The notes below the pieces were generated by a model. That model was not told the DNA's origin and ran no database searches. It saw nothing but the letters and a program-made list of their open reading frames with translations. From Hypanus sabinus (Eukaryota): DNA of 64,000 nt. The DNA lies in assembly GCF_030144855.1 (NCBI RefSeq), contig NC_082710.1, positions 171,740,001 through 171,804,000 on the forward strand, written 5' to 3'. The translations under genes were made by a program, and so were the position numbers. Of the stretch, positions 1-13,479 are shown one piece after another. The first letter of the stretch is position 1; every line of letters begins with the position of its first letter.

Positions 1-1165
1 AAAATATTGTAAAGAAAATGAGACCGATATTTGTGATACTCGTGGTCAAATAACTGTAATATGGGGAAATGATGGGAGTACCAGTATAACAGTGGAAGTA
101 TGTGGTTTAGGTCGTGGTTCAGGAATAAAAGCTTATAAATCAAGCACAATATTGTGAATGTAATGGTAGTGTTGACGTGGACAGAAAGCACAAACGGGAT
201 AATCAGTTAGCCTGTCCCCCAGGCAAACCAATTGCAGTTGGTCATCGGGCATACACCTTACCCCATGGTATATTTAACAAATGATATGACAAATGAAGTT
301 CCAACTGTTACTAATCCTTTGCTGTGTGATGAGTTTCGGACAGATACAAAGGGAGGAGGATTTGTATTAGAAGAAATAGAAAAACAGATTACTCTATTTG
401 CATGTTAACTCCATTACAGAAAGTAACCTAAAGGTATTGGGGGTTGTACATACCTCATCTAGTATATCGACATGTGCAGGTGTGATAAATTTGACAGCAT
501 TCCAAATTCCTAGATGGAGTGGAATAAGCCTCCAAAAGCTTTTACAACATATATTAATTGAACAGTTTACCCATTTAGAATATGAAACAGGAGAGAATCG
601 AAGGAAAGGGTTTACTGAAATTATGTGTTTGGGTTACGCAACTGGCATTTCAACAGTAAATACTGTAGATATTGTAGACGGAAACTCTCAGTTTTATTCC
701 CTGACACAAAAGATGAAAGAAATTGTAAATTAGTATTAACTGGATACGGGAGGAGTTAGCACTTTAGGTAAGCAAAAAGCAAATATAGTTTAGAAAATGC
801 TCCTGCTCCAGGGAAATGGAAACTTTGAGAGGTATGACAAATCGAATTACTGTATTGACAGAGTTAATAATGAAACTATCCAACCCTCTAAAGATGCGGT
901 ACAATTTAAGAACCGAAGGTTTCCCGATTGAATTTTGCATGAACAACTGAAAGAATTGGTTGCTGCTAATGCCTCAGGATGTCACACTAGAGAATTCGTC
1001 TTGACAAATCATCTCCTTCGAAGTTGTAAGAATGGATATGGAGCACTGTATGTTAGAGCATTGCTTCATATTCCTTACCACATTGGCAACCGAACATACC
1101 GACTGTACAGTGTTGGAAATTATCAAGAAGGAGTTTGGATTTCACTTACCATTTCACCTACTTAG
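1..1165 (+). pseudogene. Decayed endogenous viral envelope / class I fusion glycoprotein (env-like) fragment, running off the window start
   Basis: Stitching frames across stops and shifts gives Cys-rich pieces (KYCKENETDICD.., YCECNGSVDVDRKHKR), then NRRKG|FTEIMCLGYATGISTVNTVDI (furin-like site plus fusion-peptide-like segment, 599-670), heptad-like helices (EMETLRGMTNRITVLTELIMKL) and LLHIPYHIGNRTYRLYSVGNY. There are several N-x-S/T sites. A CR1 3' tail truncates it at about 1166. Confidence 0.55.
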
Positions 1166-3680
1166 AAACATAGAAAACCTACAGCACAATACAGGCCCTT
1201 CGGGCCAAAAGGTTGTGCCTACCCTAGAAATTACTAGGCTTACCTATACCTCTCTATTTTTCTAAGCTCCATGTACCTATTCGAAACTCTCTTAAAAGAC
1301 CCCATCGTATCCGCCCCCATCACCTTTGCCGGCATCCCACTCCACGCACTCAAAACTCTCTGAATGAAAAACCTACCCCTGACACCTCCTCTGTACCTAC
1401 TCCCAAGCACCTTAAACCTGTGTCCTCTTGTGGCAACCTATTAAGCTCTGGAAAATGAGTATCTACACGATCAACGTCTCTCAACATCTTATATACTTCT
1501 ATCAGGTCACCTCTCATCCTCCTACGCTCCAAGGAGGAAAGGCCGTGTTTTCTCAAACTGTTCTCATAAGACATGCTCCCCAATCCAGGCAACATTATTG
1601 TAAATCACCTCTGCCCCATTTCTATGGCTTCCACATCCTTCTTGTAGTGAGGCGACCAGAACTGAGCACAGTACTCCAAGTGGGGGTCTGACCAGCGTCC
1701 TATATAGCTGCAACATTATGCCTTAGCTCCTAAATTCAATCCCACGATTGATGAAGGCCACCGTAAGCCTTCTGAACCACTGAGTCAACCTGCTCAGCTG
1801 CTTTGAGCTTCCTATGGACTTGAACCCCAAGAACCCTCCGATCCTCCACACTACCAAGAGTCTTACCATTAATACTATATTTTGCCATCATATTTGTCCT
1901 ACCAAAATGAACCATTTCACACCTATCTGTGTTGAACTTCATCTGCCACTTCTCAGCCTACCAATGTCCTGCTGTAAGCTCTGACAGCCCTCCGCACTAT
2001 CCACACCTCTAACCTTAGTGTTATCAGAAAACTTACTAATCTATCCCTCCACTTCCTCAAAACAGACCAGTCCCAGAACAGATCCCTGAGGCACTCCACT
2101 GATGACTGACCTCCATGCTGAATATGACCTGTCTACAACCACTGTTTGCCTTCAGTGGGCACTCCAGTACTGGATCCACAAAGCAATGTCCCCTTGAATC
2201 CCATGCCACCTTACTTTCTCAATAAGCCTTGCATGTGGTACCTTATCAAATGCTTTGCTGAAATCCATATACACTACATCTATTCCTCTTCCTTCATCAA
2301 TATGTTTAGACACATCCTCAAAAAATTCAATCAGGCTCGTAAGGCACGACCTGCCCTTGACAAAGCCATGACGACTATTCCTAATCATATTATTCCTCTC
2401 CAAATGTTCATAAATCCTGTCTCTCAGGATCTTCTCCATCAACTTACCAACCACTGAAGTAAGACTCACTGGTCTATAATTTCCTGGTCTATCTCTACTC
2501 CCTTTGTTGAATAAAGGAACAGCATTATAACAAGAGAAATTGAGTATGGGAGTAAAGAGGTCCTTCTGCAGCTGTACAGGGCCCTGGTGAGACCCCACCT
2601 GGGGTATTGTGTGCAGTTTTGGTCTCCAGATTTGAGGAAAGACATTCTTGCTATTGAGGGAATGCAGCGTAGGTTAACAAGGTTAATTCCCGAAATGGCG
2701 GGACTGTGATATGTTGAAAGATTGGAGCGACTGGGCTTGTATACACTGGAATTTAGAAGGATGAGAGGGGATCTGATTGAAACATATAAGATCATTAAGG
2801 GATTGGACACACTGGAGGCAGGAAGCATGTTCCCGCTGATGGGTGAGTCCAGAACTAGAGGCCACAGTTTAAGAATAAGGGGTAGGCCATTTAGAACAGA
2901 GATGCGTAAAAACTTTTCCACCCAGAGAGAGGAGGATATGTGGCATGCTGTGCCCCAGAAGGCAATGGAGGCCAAGTCTCTGGATGCTTTCGAGAGAGTT
3001 GGATAGAGCTCTTATAGATAGCGGGGTCAAGGGGTATGGAGAGAGGGCAGGAACGGGGTACTGATTGTGTATGATCTGCCATGATCACAGTGAATGGCGG
3101 TGCTGGCTTGAAGGGCCGAATGGCCTACTCCTGCTCCTACTCTCTATTGTCTATTCACATTCCTCCAATCCTCTGGAATCTCTCCCATCTCTATTGATGA
3201 TGCAACGGTCATCGCCAGAGGCTCAGCTATCTCCTCTCTCGCCTCCCACAGTAGCCTGGGGTACATCTCATCCGTGTCCGGCGACATATCCAACTTGATG
3301 GTTTCCAAAAGCTCCAGCACATCCTCTCGCTTAATATTTACATGTTCAGGCTTCTTATTCTGCTGCAAGTCGTCATTATTATCACCAAGAGCCTTTTCAA
3401 TAGTGAAATACTGAAGTAAGGTATTCATTAAGTACCGCTGCTCTTTCCTCTGGTTCCATACACACTTTACGACTGTCACATTTGCGAGGTCATATTCTTT
3501 CACGTCTTATCCTCCTGCTCTTCACGTACTTGTAGAATGCCTTGGTGTTCTCCTTAATTCTGCCTGCCAAGTCCTTCTCATGGCCACTTCTGGCTCTCCT
3601 AATTTCCTTTTTAAGTTATTTCCTGTTAGCCTTATAATCTTCTAGATCTCTAACATTACTTAGTTCTCTGAAGATTTTGT
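1166..3680 (-). mobile_element. CR1 LINE, 5'-truncated, interrupted by a second CR1
   Basis: 3' tail tagaaacatagaaaacc at 1164-1180. Minus-strand ORFs carry CR1 RT motifs ([48 protein letters not shown]). The sequence resumes at about 3153 (REEIAEPLA). Confidence 0.9.
2531..3152 (+). mobile_element. CR1 LINE 3' end nested in the previous element
   Basis: [19 protein letters not shown] and [16 protein letters not shown] motifs. 3' UTR ends gggccgaatggcctactcctgctcctactctctattgtctatt. Confidence 0.9.
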
Positions 3681-4069
3681 AAGGTTTTTTGATATTTAGC
3701 TTATGCTATTAAATGTGAATAATGTACAAAGGCAGTAAATGTGACTTCCTGTCATTGAAAAGGCACAAAGTTGTTCCGTCTGAGGACGTAGCTATGAAGG
3801 AGTTAAAAATTGTGGCTTTGTTTCTTTTAATAATTTTTCTCTATCTATTTTTCCTGTCAGTAGAGCACATTCCTAAAATTTGCTTTGGTGAATTTGCTAT
3901 TTGCTTCTTAAATTTGCTTCTTACATTGCTATTTCAAGCACACATTAATAGAATAGCTCTTTCATTTGCAATAAGAATAACTCTAATATTGAGGTTTCCA
4001 GTATTTCGAGGGACTTATCCTTAGCTGGGCTGTTACCAAATCGAGTTATAAGACCATTTATTAAACTAA

Positions 4070-7000
4070 ACATAGATAAGACCATAAGACATAGGAGCGA
4101 AGCCAGAGACTCCGCTCCGCCATTTCATCATGGCTGATCCAATTTTCCCCTCAACCTCAATCTACGTCCTTCTCCTCGTATCGTTTCAAGCCCTAACTAA
4201 TTAAGAATCTATCAATCGCTGCCTTAAATACACACTTAGACTTAAAATACATTAAGAAATTCCTCCTCGTGTCCGTTCAAAAAGGGCGCCAATCTATTCT
4301 GAGGCACTGTCCACTCGTTTTAGACTCTTACACCTTTGGAAACAGCCTCTCCAGATCCACTCGATCAAGGCTTTTCAACATTTGATAGGCTTCAATGAGG
4401 TCACCCCTCATTCTTCCGAACTCCAGTGAATACAGGCGTAGAGCCATTAGAAGCTTTTCATATGATTCCAATCCTGGAATGATTTTGGTGAACCTCCTTT
4501 GAACCCTCTCCCGATTCAGAATATGCTTTCTAAGATAAGGAGTCCAAAACTGCTTACAATACTCCAAGAGAGGCCTCAGCAGTGCTTCATAAAGTTTCAA
4601 TGTTACATCCTTGCTTTTGTATTCTAATCCTCTTGAAATAAATGTTAACATTGGATTTTCCTTCCTCAGCATGGAGTCAACCCGCGAATTAACCTTTAGG
4701 GAACCCTGCACAAGGGCTCCCAAGTCTCTTTGCACCTCAGAGTTTTGTATTCTTTTCTCCATTTAGAAATGGAGAAAATAGTCCACCCTTTCATTTCTTC
4801 TAAAAAAGTGCATGACCATACATCTCCCGACACTCTGTTTTATCTGGCATTTCTTTGCCCATTCTCCTAATCTAAGTCTTTCTAAGGCGATCTACTTCCA
4901 CAAAACTACCTGCCCATCTACCTAGCTAGATATTGTCTGAAAACCTAACAACACAGCCATGATTCCGGCCTTCAAATCCTTGGCATATAATGTCAAAAGA
5001 ATGGGTCGGAACACAGATACTTGTGGAAAATCACTAGTCAACGGCAGACAGCCTGAAAAGACACCCCTGATTCCCACTGTTTGCCTCATGCCAATCAGCT
5101 ACTTCTTTATCCATGCTAAAATCTTTCCTATAATACCATGGGCTCGTAGCTTTTTAATCAGCCCCATATGTGCACCCTGTGAAAGACCTATTGTTGTGTC
5201 AAGTACACAACATTAATCGATTCTCTTCTATCTCTTCTACTTATTATTTCTTCAAAGACTTTCAACAGATCTGGCAAGCAAGATTTTCCGATGATGAAAA
5301 CATGCTGAATTCGGCCTATTTTGTCATGTGCCTCAAAGTACCCTGAGACCCAATTCTTAGGAATCGACTCCAACACCTAGCCAACCACGGAGGTCAGACT
5401 AACTGTCCTATTGTTTCCATTCTTTTGCCTTTTCCCCTTTTTGAAGAGTGGAGTGACAGTTGTAATCTTCCTGTCTTTCTGAACCATTAAAGAATCTAAT
5501 GATTCTGGAAAGGTCATTATTAACAACTTCACAATCACTTCACAACCTCTATCGGAACTCTAGGCTGTACACCATCTGCTCCGGGTGTCCTAACTACCTT
5601 CTGTTGCAAGGGAGTGGCTGGGGACGAACCCAAGTGCAGGACACAGGCACAGAGACAGTGTCGAGAGGTGCTAGCACAGTTGCGAATGTGGAACAGATAA
5701 CCAGGGGAGTCTTGACTCGAAGACAAGGTTTTCGTAAAATAACTAGAGGATGGAGCGGAGCTTAGAACTAACAGTCCTCAGGGACCAGGAAACGAGGTTA
5801 ACACTCACTGGAATCGACCAACGAACTGGCGACCCATGGCTGTTAGCCAGAGTTCTTATCCTATATTCTCTGATGGGAACCAGGTGTGCTGTAATTAATT
5901 GAACTAGCAGCAATTGGGAATCAGACGACGGGATGTAAGGCCCAATCAAGGAGATAGGAGCGAGATGGGGAATAGCCAGACGGGACCATGACACCTTCAG
6001 ACCTTTCAGTTACCCAAGAACCGTCTTGCTAGTTATAGCAACTTCACACGCATCCTGCCCCATGATTTCTGGGACTTCTACAATGCAGCTATTGTCTTCC
6101 ATAGGGAAGACTGACAGAAATTACTTATTCAGGTCTTCCCCCATTTCGTTTGTTCCCATTACTACCTCTCTAGCATCGCATTCCAGCGTTCGGATATCCA
6201 CGTTCTCCTCTCATTTACATTTTGTGTCTCTGAAGAAACGTTCAGCTCTTCTGTAATATTATTAACTAGCTGACTTTTATCTTCGTAATTACTTTTTTAG
6301 ATGCTGTCAGTTGGTTTATAAAAGCTTCCCAATCTAACTTCTCACTAATGTTTGCTTTATTATAAGTCCTCTCTTTGGCTTATATGTTGGCTTTCAATTT
6401 TCTTGTTAGCCATGGTTGTGGCATCTTTCCTTTGGAGTACTTCTTCCTCTTTGGGATGCACGTACTCTTTACCTTCCGAATTGCTTCCAGAAATTTCAGT
6501 CAATGCTGCTCTGCCGTCATCTCCCCCAGTATTCTTTTCCTATCAACTCTGGCCAACTCCTCTCTCATGCCTCTGTAATTCCCTTTATTCCCATGTGATT
6601 CTGATACATCTTGACTTTAGCTTCTCTTTCCTAAATCTCAAGGTGAATGCGATCATATTATGATTACTTTCCTCTCAGGGCTCTTCTACCTTTAAGATCT
6701 CTAATTAATTCTGGCTCATTGCACAACTCCTAGTGCAGAATAGCTGATCATCTGGTGGGTTTATCCACGAGCTGCTCTAAAGATGCAGCTTGTAGGCATT
6801 CTAGAAATTCACCCTCTTGGAATCCAGCACCAGCCTCATTTTCCCAATCTAACTGCGCATTGAAGTTTCCCATGAATATTGCAACATTGTTCTGTCTCTG
6901 GCTGTAATCTGTAGGCCACCTCCTTACCACTGTTTGTGGGTCTGTATACCACTCGCATCAGAGTTGTTTTCCCCTGGCAGTTCTGTAGCTTTATCCATAA

Positions 7001-7190
7001 TGATTCAACACCTTCCGATCCTATGTTACCTCTTACTGAATATTTGATTTAATTTTCATCGGTGATGCCTACACCATCATGCCTGCCAATCTGCCACTGT
7101 GCTGCATGTTCACCTACCTTATACCATATACGTACACATTCAAATACAGCACCTTCAGTCATTTATCCACCTTTTCAGACTTCGTCCGCT
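4070..7190 (-). mobile_element. CR1 LINE (decayed EN-RT ORF2), interrupted by a solo LTR
   Basis: Tail cataagaccataagacatag near 4075. ORF 4328-4762 is the RT C-terminus (LLRPLLEYCKQFWTP). ORF 6748-6930 is the endonuclease (MGNFNAQLDW..FLECLQ..LEQLVDKPTR). Confidence 0.85.
5602..5993 (-). mobile_element. Solo LTR (Gypsy/BEL-type)
   Basis: TG...CA termini (tgttgc...catgaca) and a perfect 5-bp TSD CCTTC at 5597-5601 and 5994-5998. The CR1 sequence is continuous across it. Confidence 0.85.
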
Positions 7191-8849
7191 CACCCTTCTC
7201 CATTTTGTTAGTATCAATGATACGGTGGAACGCTTACTAAGACATTTACCTACTGCCTATCTCTCATTTTACTGCACAGTGGAATAAAGTTATTAACCAT
7301 AACGGAGCTCTTATTAAACAAAGGAACGTCTTATCGAAGATTATTAGAGATCATGCTGACTTAGGTAACGATGTTTTCCAGAATACACCTTTTTGGAATG
7401 AAGTTCTATGAATGTTAAAGTACAACCTTGGATTCGTCTTATGTTATCTCTTTTGTTACGTGGTTTTGTTATTGTTGTTCTAGTGACTATTCAATGTATT
7501 TGCCCAAGTTTTTGGATAGCAAGTTTAAATGTTTACATGGTAGATATATTCCAAATCTCTTTTTGGTGATTTGTCTGACTTTATTAAATATGAAAGAAAA
7601 CACCGAACTCGAATGGGTCAACGAGAGCTGGAAGTTGTCCTTGCTATGTGCATGGAGGGTTGGAGGCTGCCAGTTTGTGAAGCTGCTCTATAAACTTATA
7701 TCTTATGAACGATTTGATGAACAGATTCTTGCTCTGGGATAACGTTACCAGGGCAATAGACGGGGACACAAGAAAATTCTGCTCGTAGTCTGTTAAATCG
7801 GAGACCATTTTCAAACTAGGGGCTTATTGTGTGCAATGTCAGGTTTGCAGAATTAATTTCGTTGTCTCCGCTTAGTGTCTGCGTGACCCGGTTTGACCGG
7901 TTTGAAGCAGAGTCGAATAGAACAAAATAAGTCACCTACGGCACGAAGTGTTGTAGACACTGGCTACATCCGATAAGAATCTGACACAGTTTGGTCAAAT
8001 GACCTCGAGCCAATGAATTGAAACGTAACGTTTGAACTGATAAGGAAAGAGTACAAGAATGCAAGGGGGTGAGAAATTCGACGACTAAATACAGGAAGGA
8101 AGACTTTCATGCTAGGGGCTGGGAGAAGAAGAATCAATCGGGTGACCAACGGGAGATTCTCTATATTTGTGTTATACATTGGAGAAGCGCTCTGAGTGAG
8201 CATTTAAAGATTCAAGGTTTAAAGGATATTGGTTATGAAAGTATGTATGCGATTTTGAACCCTCAGATTTGTCTTTACAGGCAAGCAGGAAACGAAGAAA
8301 ACCATGGAACCCGTTCAAAGGAAACCATCAACCACCCCCAACAAAGCGCAAATATTCGCTTAGACGGCAAAAAATGGGCGGAAATACAAAATCGAAAGAG
8401 TTCAGGCACGTTCAGCTCAGTTCCGGATATTAAGGAAGTTGAAGCAAATACAACGCTACTCATACATGGAATGGTAGCATTAGATTTGCTTGGGCATTTG
8501 GCAAATTAGTTGATCTGCGGAAAAGAATCGAATTTCTGTTAAGTTTAGCTCCACTGTTTTTCTCTCTGTAACGCTCACGTGGTTTTGTTATTTTTAATAG
8601 GCTCTCGTCACTTACAATATCACCAGGCCGCTGTTCTGACCAAAACTGACTGCTCTAAGTAAATGGAACAATTTAGGCCTTCTTATCAGCCCGTGTCCTT
8701 TCTAAGTACTTGAATTGTTCCAGAAGTGTTGTGCTCAGAAGCCACGTATGGGGAATGACTAAAAATTAATATAAATTGAATTTACATGTTTTGATTCATT
8801 TGCCGTAGTACCGTGAATTGATCTGAGACTAAAAGGAGCTACGAAATGA

Positions 8850-10125
8850 TATCGTGGAAGACCTGATTGATAGTTTCTGCCAGATAACAAGACAGGTATA
8901 CAAGATGTTGACGACGGTAAGGCAGTGGATGTAGTCTATATGGACTTCAGCAAAGCCTTTGACAAAATTCCACATGGAAGGTTAGTTGAGAAGGCTCAGT
9001 CATTAGGTATTAATGCTGGAGTAATAAAATGGATTCAACAGTGGCTAGATGGGAGATGCCAGAGAGTAGCGGTGGATAATTGTTTATCGGGATGGACGCT
9101 GGTGACTAGTGGGGTGCCTCAGGGATCTGTTTTGGGCTAAATGTTGTTTGTAATATACATAAATGATCTGGATGATGGGGTGGTAAATCGGATTAGTAAG
9201 TATGCCCGTGATACTAAGGTAGGAGGTGTTGTGGATAATGAGGTGGGTTTTCAAAGCTTGCAGGGAGATTTATGCCGGTTAGAAGAATGGGCTGAATGTT
9301 GGCAGATGGAGTTTAATGCTGAGAAGTGTGAGGTTCTACATTTTGGCAGGAATAATCCAAATAGAACATACAGGGTAAATGGTAGGGCATTGAGGAATGC
9401 AGAGGAACAGAGAGATCTAGGAATAACAGTGCATAGTTCCCTGAAGGTGGAGTCTCATGTAGATAGGGTGGTGAAGAAGGCTTTTGGAACGCTGGCCTTT
9501 ATAAATCAAAGCATTGAGTATAGAAGTTGGGATGTAATGTTAAAATTGTACAAGGCATTGGTAAGGCCAAATTTGGAATATTGTGTGCAGTTCTGGTCAC
9601 CGAATTATAGGAAAGATATCAATAAATTAGAGAGAGTGCAGAGACGATTTACTACGATGTTACCTGGGTTTCAGCACTTAAGTTCCAGAGAAAGGTTGAA
9701 CAAGTTAGGTCTCTATTCATTGGAGCGTAGAAGGTTGAGGGGGGATTTGATCGAGGTATTTAAAATTTTGAGAGGGATAGATAGAGTTGACGTGAATAGG
9801 CTGTTTCCATTGAGAGTAGGGGAGATTCAAACGAGAGGACATGATTTGAGAGTTAGGGGGCAGAAGTTTAAGGGAAACATGAGGGGGTATTTCTTTACTC
9901 AGAGAGTGCTAGCTGTGTGGAATGAGCTTCCTGTAGAAGTAGTAGAGGCCAGTTCAGTTGTGTCATTTAAGGAAAAATTGGATAGGTATATGGACAGGAA
10001 AGGAGTGGAAGGTTATGGGCTGAGTGCGGGTAGGTGGGACTAAGTGAGATTAAGAGTTCGGCACGGAGTAGGAGGGCCGAGATGGCCTGTTTCCGTGCTT
10101 TGATTGTTATATGGTTATATTGTTA
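8850..10125 (+). mobile_element. CR1 LINE 3' portion with a long open RT C-terminal frame
   Basis: ORFs 8925-9140 and 9141-10043 (DFSKAFDKIPH, SGVPQGSVLG, YINDLDDG, RGDLIEVFK). Tail (ttatatgg/ttatattg)n at about 10105-10135. Confidence 0.92.
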
Positions 10126-10879
10126 TATGGTTATGATAGGAAACATCGATTGAGAGGACAGTCAGAGACTTTGCCCAAGAGGGAAATGGCGAATACGAGG
10201 GGGATAAATTTAAGATGATTGGAGTAACGTAGATGAGAGATGTTCGAATTAACTTCTTTACACAGAGTGATTCGTGAGTGAAACGCACTTCCTGGTGCTG
10301 TTGTAGAAGCAGAAACATTAGGAGAATTCAAAGGACTCCTAGACACACTGATGATAGCAAATTGGAGGGTTGAGTGGGAGGGAATCATTAGATTGATCTT
10401 AGAGTAGGTTAAATTTGGCACAACTCGTGCGCTGACAGACCTATACTATGCTGAAGTTTTCAATGTACTATGCAGTTATTCGTCAGAAAATACATAATGT
10501 AACTGGAAATACTTTATGATTGGATTGCTCGGTACTTCATAAGCTACCATAAGCTGACGTATCAAAAGTAAAAAAATACACACTCAGTGTCTACTGTTAT
10601 CAGGAACACACTTACACATCGTTATTGGAAATATCTTATCCTGAGGCAGCATATTAATGCCGAAAAGAATGCGGACGTGACCAAATGGTTCAGTTGTTGT
10701 TCAGGCCGAATATCAGAATGGGGACTAAATGTGTTATAAGCGACTTTTGTTTAATTCTAATGACTAACGAAAAAACATGCAGCGCAACCACTAAAGCCAC
10801 AACCATAGGAAAATCAAATTAAATATTGAGCAGCAAAAGGGAGAAAAAAATATCAAGGTTAAAAGTAAACATACACCGC

Positions 10880-11200
10880 AGAGGTGCACCACACAAATAA
10901 ACCTCAGTCCTCACTCCGTAAGAAAGTCCAATACAGGGCCCCATATCCGTTCAAAGATGTCCCCTCTGTCCCCATTACATAGTCTCAGTCTCTCCAAATG
11001 TAAAGTGTTTGCCAGTTCTCTCATCCACACATTGTACGCAGGCACTGAGTCCATTTTCCATATTTGCAGGATTAACTTCTTAGCAATCACCATTCCAAAC
11101 AATACAGTCACTTTTTCATACATATTGGCTGAAGATAAGGAGCTTGTTGCGCCAAGGATGGCTATGAGCGGGTGATCTCTCAGCTATTGGTGATCTCCTG
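10880..11200 (-). mobile_element. L1/Tx1-type LINE ORF2 C-terminal fragment
   Basis: ORF 10911-11123 (AKKLILQIWK..P.YNVWMREL...LHLERL......IFERIWGPVL) resembles the C-terminus of fish L1/Tx1 ORF2. Confidence 0.65.
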
Positions 11201-12139
11201 GGATCACACACACACACACACACTCCAGTAAGTGGGCAAAGACACCTTGATAATGAGAGAGGTCAGACGAGAATAGCCAGACTATTGAAGAAGAAGGGCT
11301 ACAGCAGCAAAACACCACGAATATATCTGTGCCATCTATGGCGGAGTTGCATATCAGACATTAGAACACATTAAAAAGGAGATAAATTAAGAATTATTGG
11401 GAGAAAGTTTTAAACTGAAGAGCTGTGAGACAATCAGGCTAACCAGAATATCGGCACTACTGTTCAAAATACTATTGCAAATGCAACTATGATGTTTAAA
11501 AGAAGCAAAAGTAATCGATGACACTTTAGTCCTATTCTCTTAACTGCCGGACATTACACCTTTACTCAATGTTCCCTGCCCCCCCCTTTCCATTCTTGTC
11601 AAACAGTACAGTGATTCGTCTCCCCGCAATCCTCTGCTACCAGAAGTCACGCGAATGAGCATTATGTGCCATTCAGTTCATTTGTCAATGAAACCGGGTA
11701 TCTGACTATTTGCGAATTGGAACATCGTCACAAAGCGCGATAATTTTATTTGCTCTTGACAAATTGGAAACAGGTTACTGGGCAGTCAGCTTTACAATTT
11801 AACATGATAATGCGATAGTTCCATTTACCCATTTTCTAGCCATCGTTTATATTAGAATCGGGTTTAATATCACGATTATGCGGGACCTTGGTGTATAAGT
11901 CAGCTGAAGAATTTCAAAAGGTGTATTGAAGGAACGTGAGCAGGTGAGTTTCCTTCTTAATCAGCTGCGGTCCTGGAGTAATGTGTCCAATCACTATGCT
12001 GTTTCCGAGGGCGTTTTCCCAGGATTTTCACACAGCGATGGTGAAGAATTGGAGTGGTGGGTTGGGGGTTGACGTGGTGGTGGAATGGAGTTGGTGAAAG
12101 GTCAGTTATCGAGAATGTAGAAAACGTTTAAAGAAGCGG

Positions 12140-13035
12140 TCAGTAAGGAAGGCTTTCAAAGCTTGCAGAGGGATTTGGACCAGTTGGAGGAATGGGCAGA
12201 AAAATGGCAGATGGAGTTTAATGCGGACAAGTGTGAGGTATTGCACTTCAGAAGGTCAAACCAGGGTAGAACATACAAGGTAAATGGGAGGACACTGAGG
12301 AGTGCAGTAGAACCAAGGGATCTGGGAGTACAGATACATAATTCCCTAAAAGTGGCGTCACAAGTAAATAGGGTTGTAAAGAGTGCTTCTGGTACCTTGG
12401 TCTTTATAACTCAAAGTATTGAGTATAAGAGTTGGAATGTAATGGTGAGGTTGTATAAGACATTGGTGAGGCTGAATTTGGAGTATTGTGTGCAAGTTTT
12501 GTTACCTAATTACAGGAAGGATATTAATAAGGTTGAAAGAGTGCAGAGAAGGTTTACAAGGATGTTGCCGGGACTTGAGAAACTGAGTTACAGAGAAAGG
12601 TTGAATAGGTTAGGACTTTATTCCCTGGAGCGTAGGAGAATGAGGGGTGATTTGATAGAGGTGCATAAAATTATGACGGGTATAGATAAAGTGAATGCAA
12701 GCAGGCTTTTTCCACTGAGGCTCGGGGAGAAAAAAAACCCGGAGGTCATGGGTTAAGGGTGAAGGGGGAAATGTTTAAAGGGAACATTAAGGGGTTGGCT
12801 TCTACACGCTCAGAGTGGTGGGAATGTGGAATGAGCTGCCAGATGAAGTGATGAATGCCTGCTCACTTTTGACATTTAAGAAAAACTTGGGCAGGTATAC
12901 GGATGAGAGGGGTTTGGAGGGATACGGCCCAGGTGCAGGTCAGTGGGACTAGGCAAAAAAAAAAATGGTTCGGCACAGCCAAGAAGGGCCAAAAGGCCTT
13001 TTTCTGTGTTGTAGCGTTCTATAGCTCTATGGTTC
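12140..13035 (+). mobile_element. CR1 LINE 3' fragment
   Basis: ORF 12163-12756 has WQMEFNADKCEVLHF and RGDLIEVHKI. A 3' UTR and ctatagctctatggttct tail follow. Confidence 0.9.
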
Positions 13036-13479
13036 TAAGTTATCAGCTTGGATTGTTTCGAGCTGGATCGGAAGATCTGCAGAAGGCACTGTTCCCTCTA
13101 AGCTACGCGGGTGCACAGCCGTGCAGTAAGTGAAATGTTCCCGCGCACATGACCTTTGTGGCCCCACAGCTGGAATTTTCCGTTATGTAGTATTAACATA
13201 ATTTTGAAATCTATCTATACAATTGTGACATACACTGTTATTAATTAGGTGTTAATGAATATAATCCATAAATTGTGTGAATAATAAATGCACAAGAACC
13301 TTTACAATACTTTGAAATATTTTCGAATTTCAACGTGTTTACATTGTCCGTATTTGAAGTTACACCACGGTTACAAATTGTAACAAGCACAGAGTGCAAG
13401 TCAGTTGGTCATTGTTAATAAACTATGATACCATTAAGTTACGGTCAGAGTATCTTGACGATATCGTAAAATTGGATTG

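Noticed and set aside
3722-4024. Hydrophobic ORF as the continuation or TM anchor of the env-like fossil after the CR1 insertion
   Set aside because: No TSD links 1165 to about 3680, the expected Cys-rich ectodomain is missing, and T-rich DNA easily yields such ORFs.
8069-8509. 146-aa ORF in unique sequence with an internal acceptor at about 8280
   Set aside because: No recognisable domain, no linked exons and no supporting motif.
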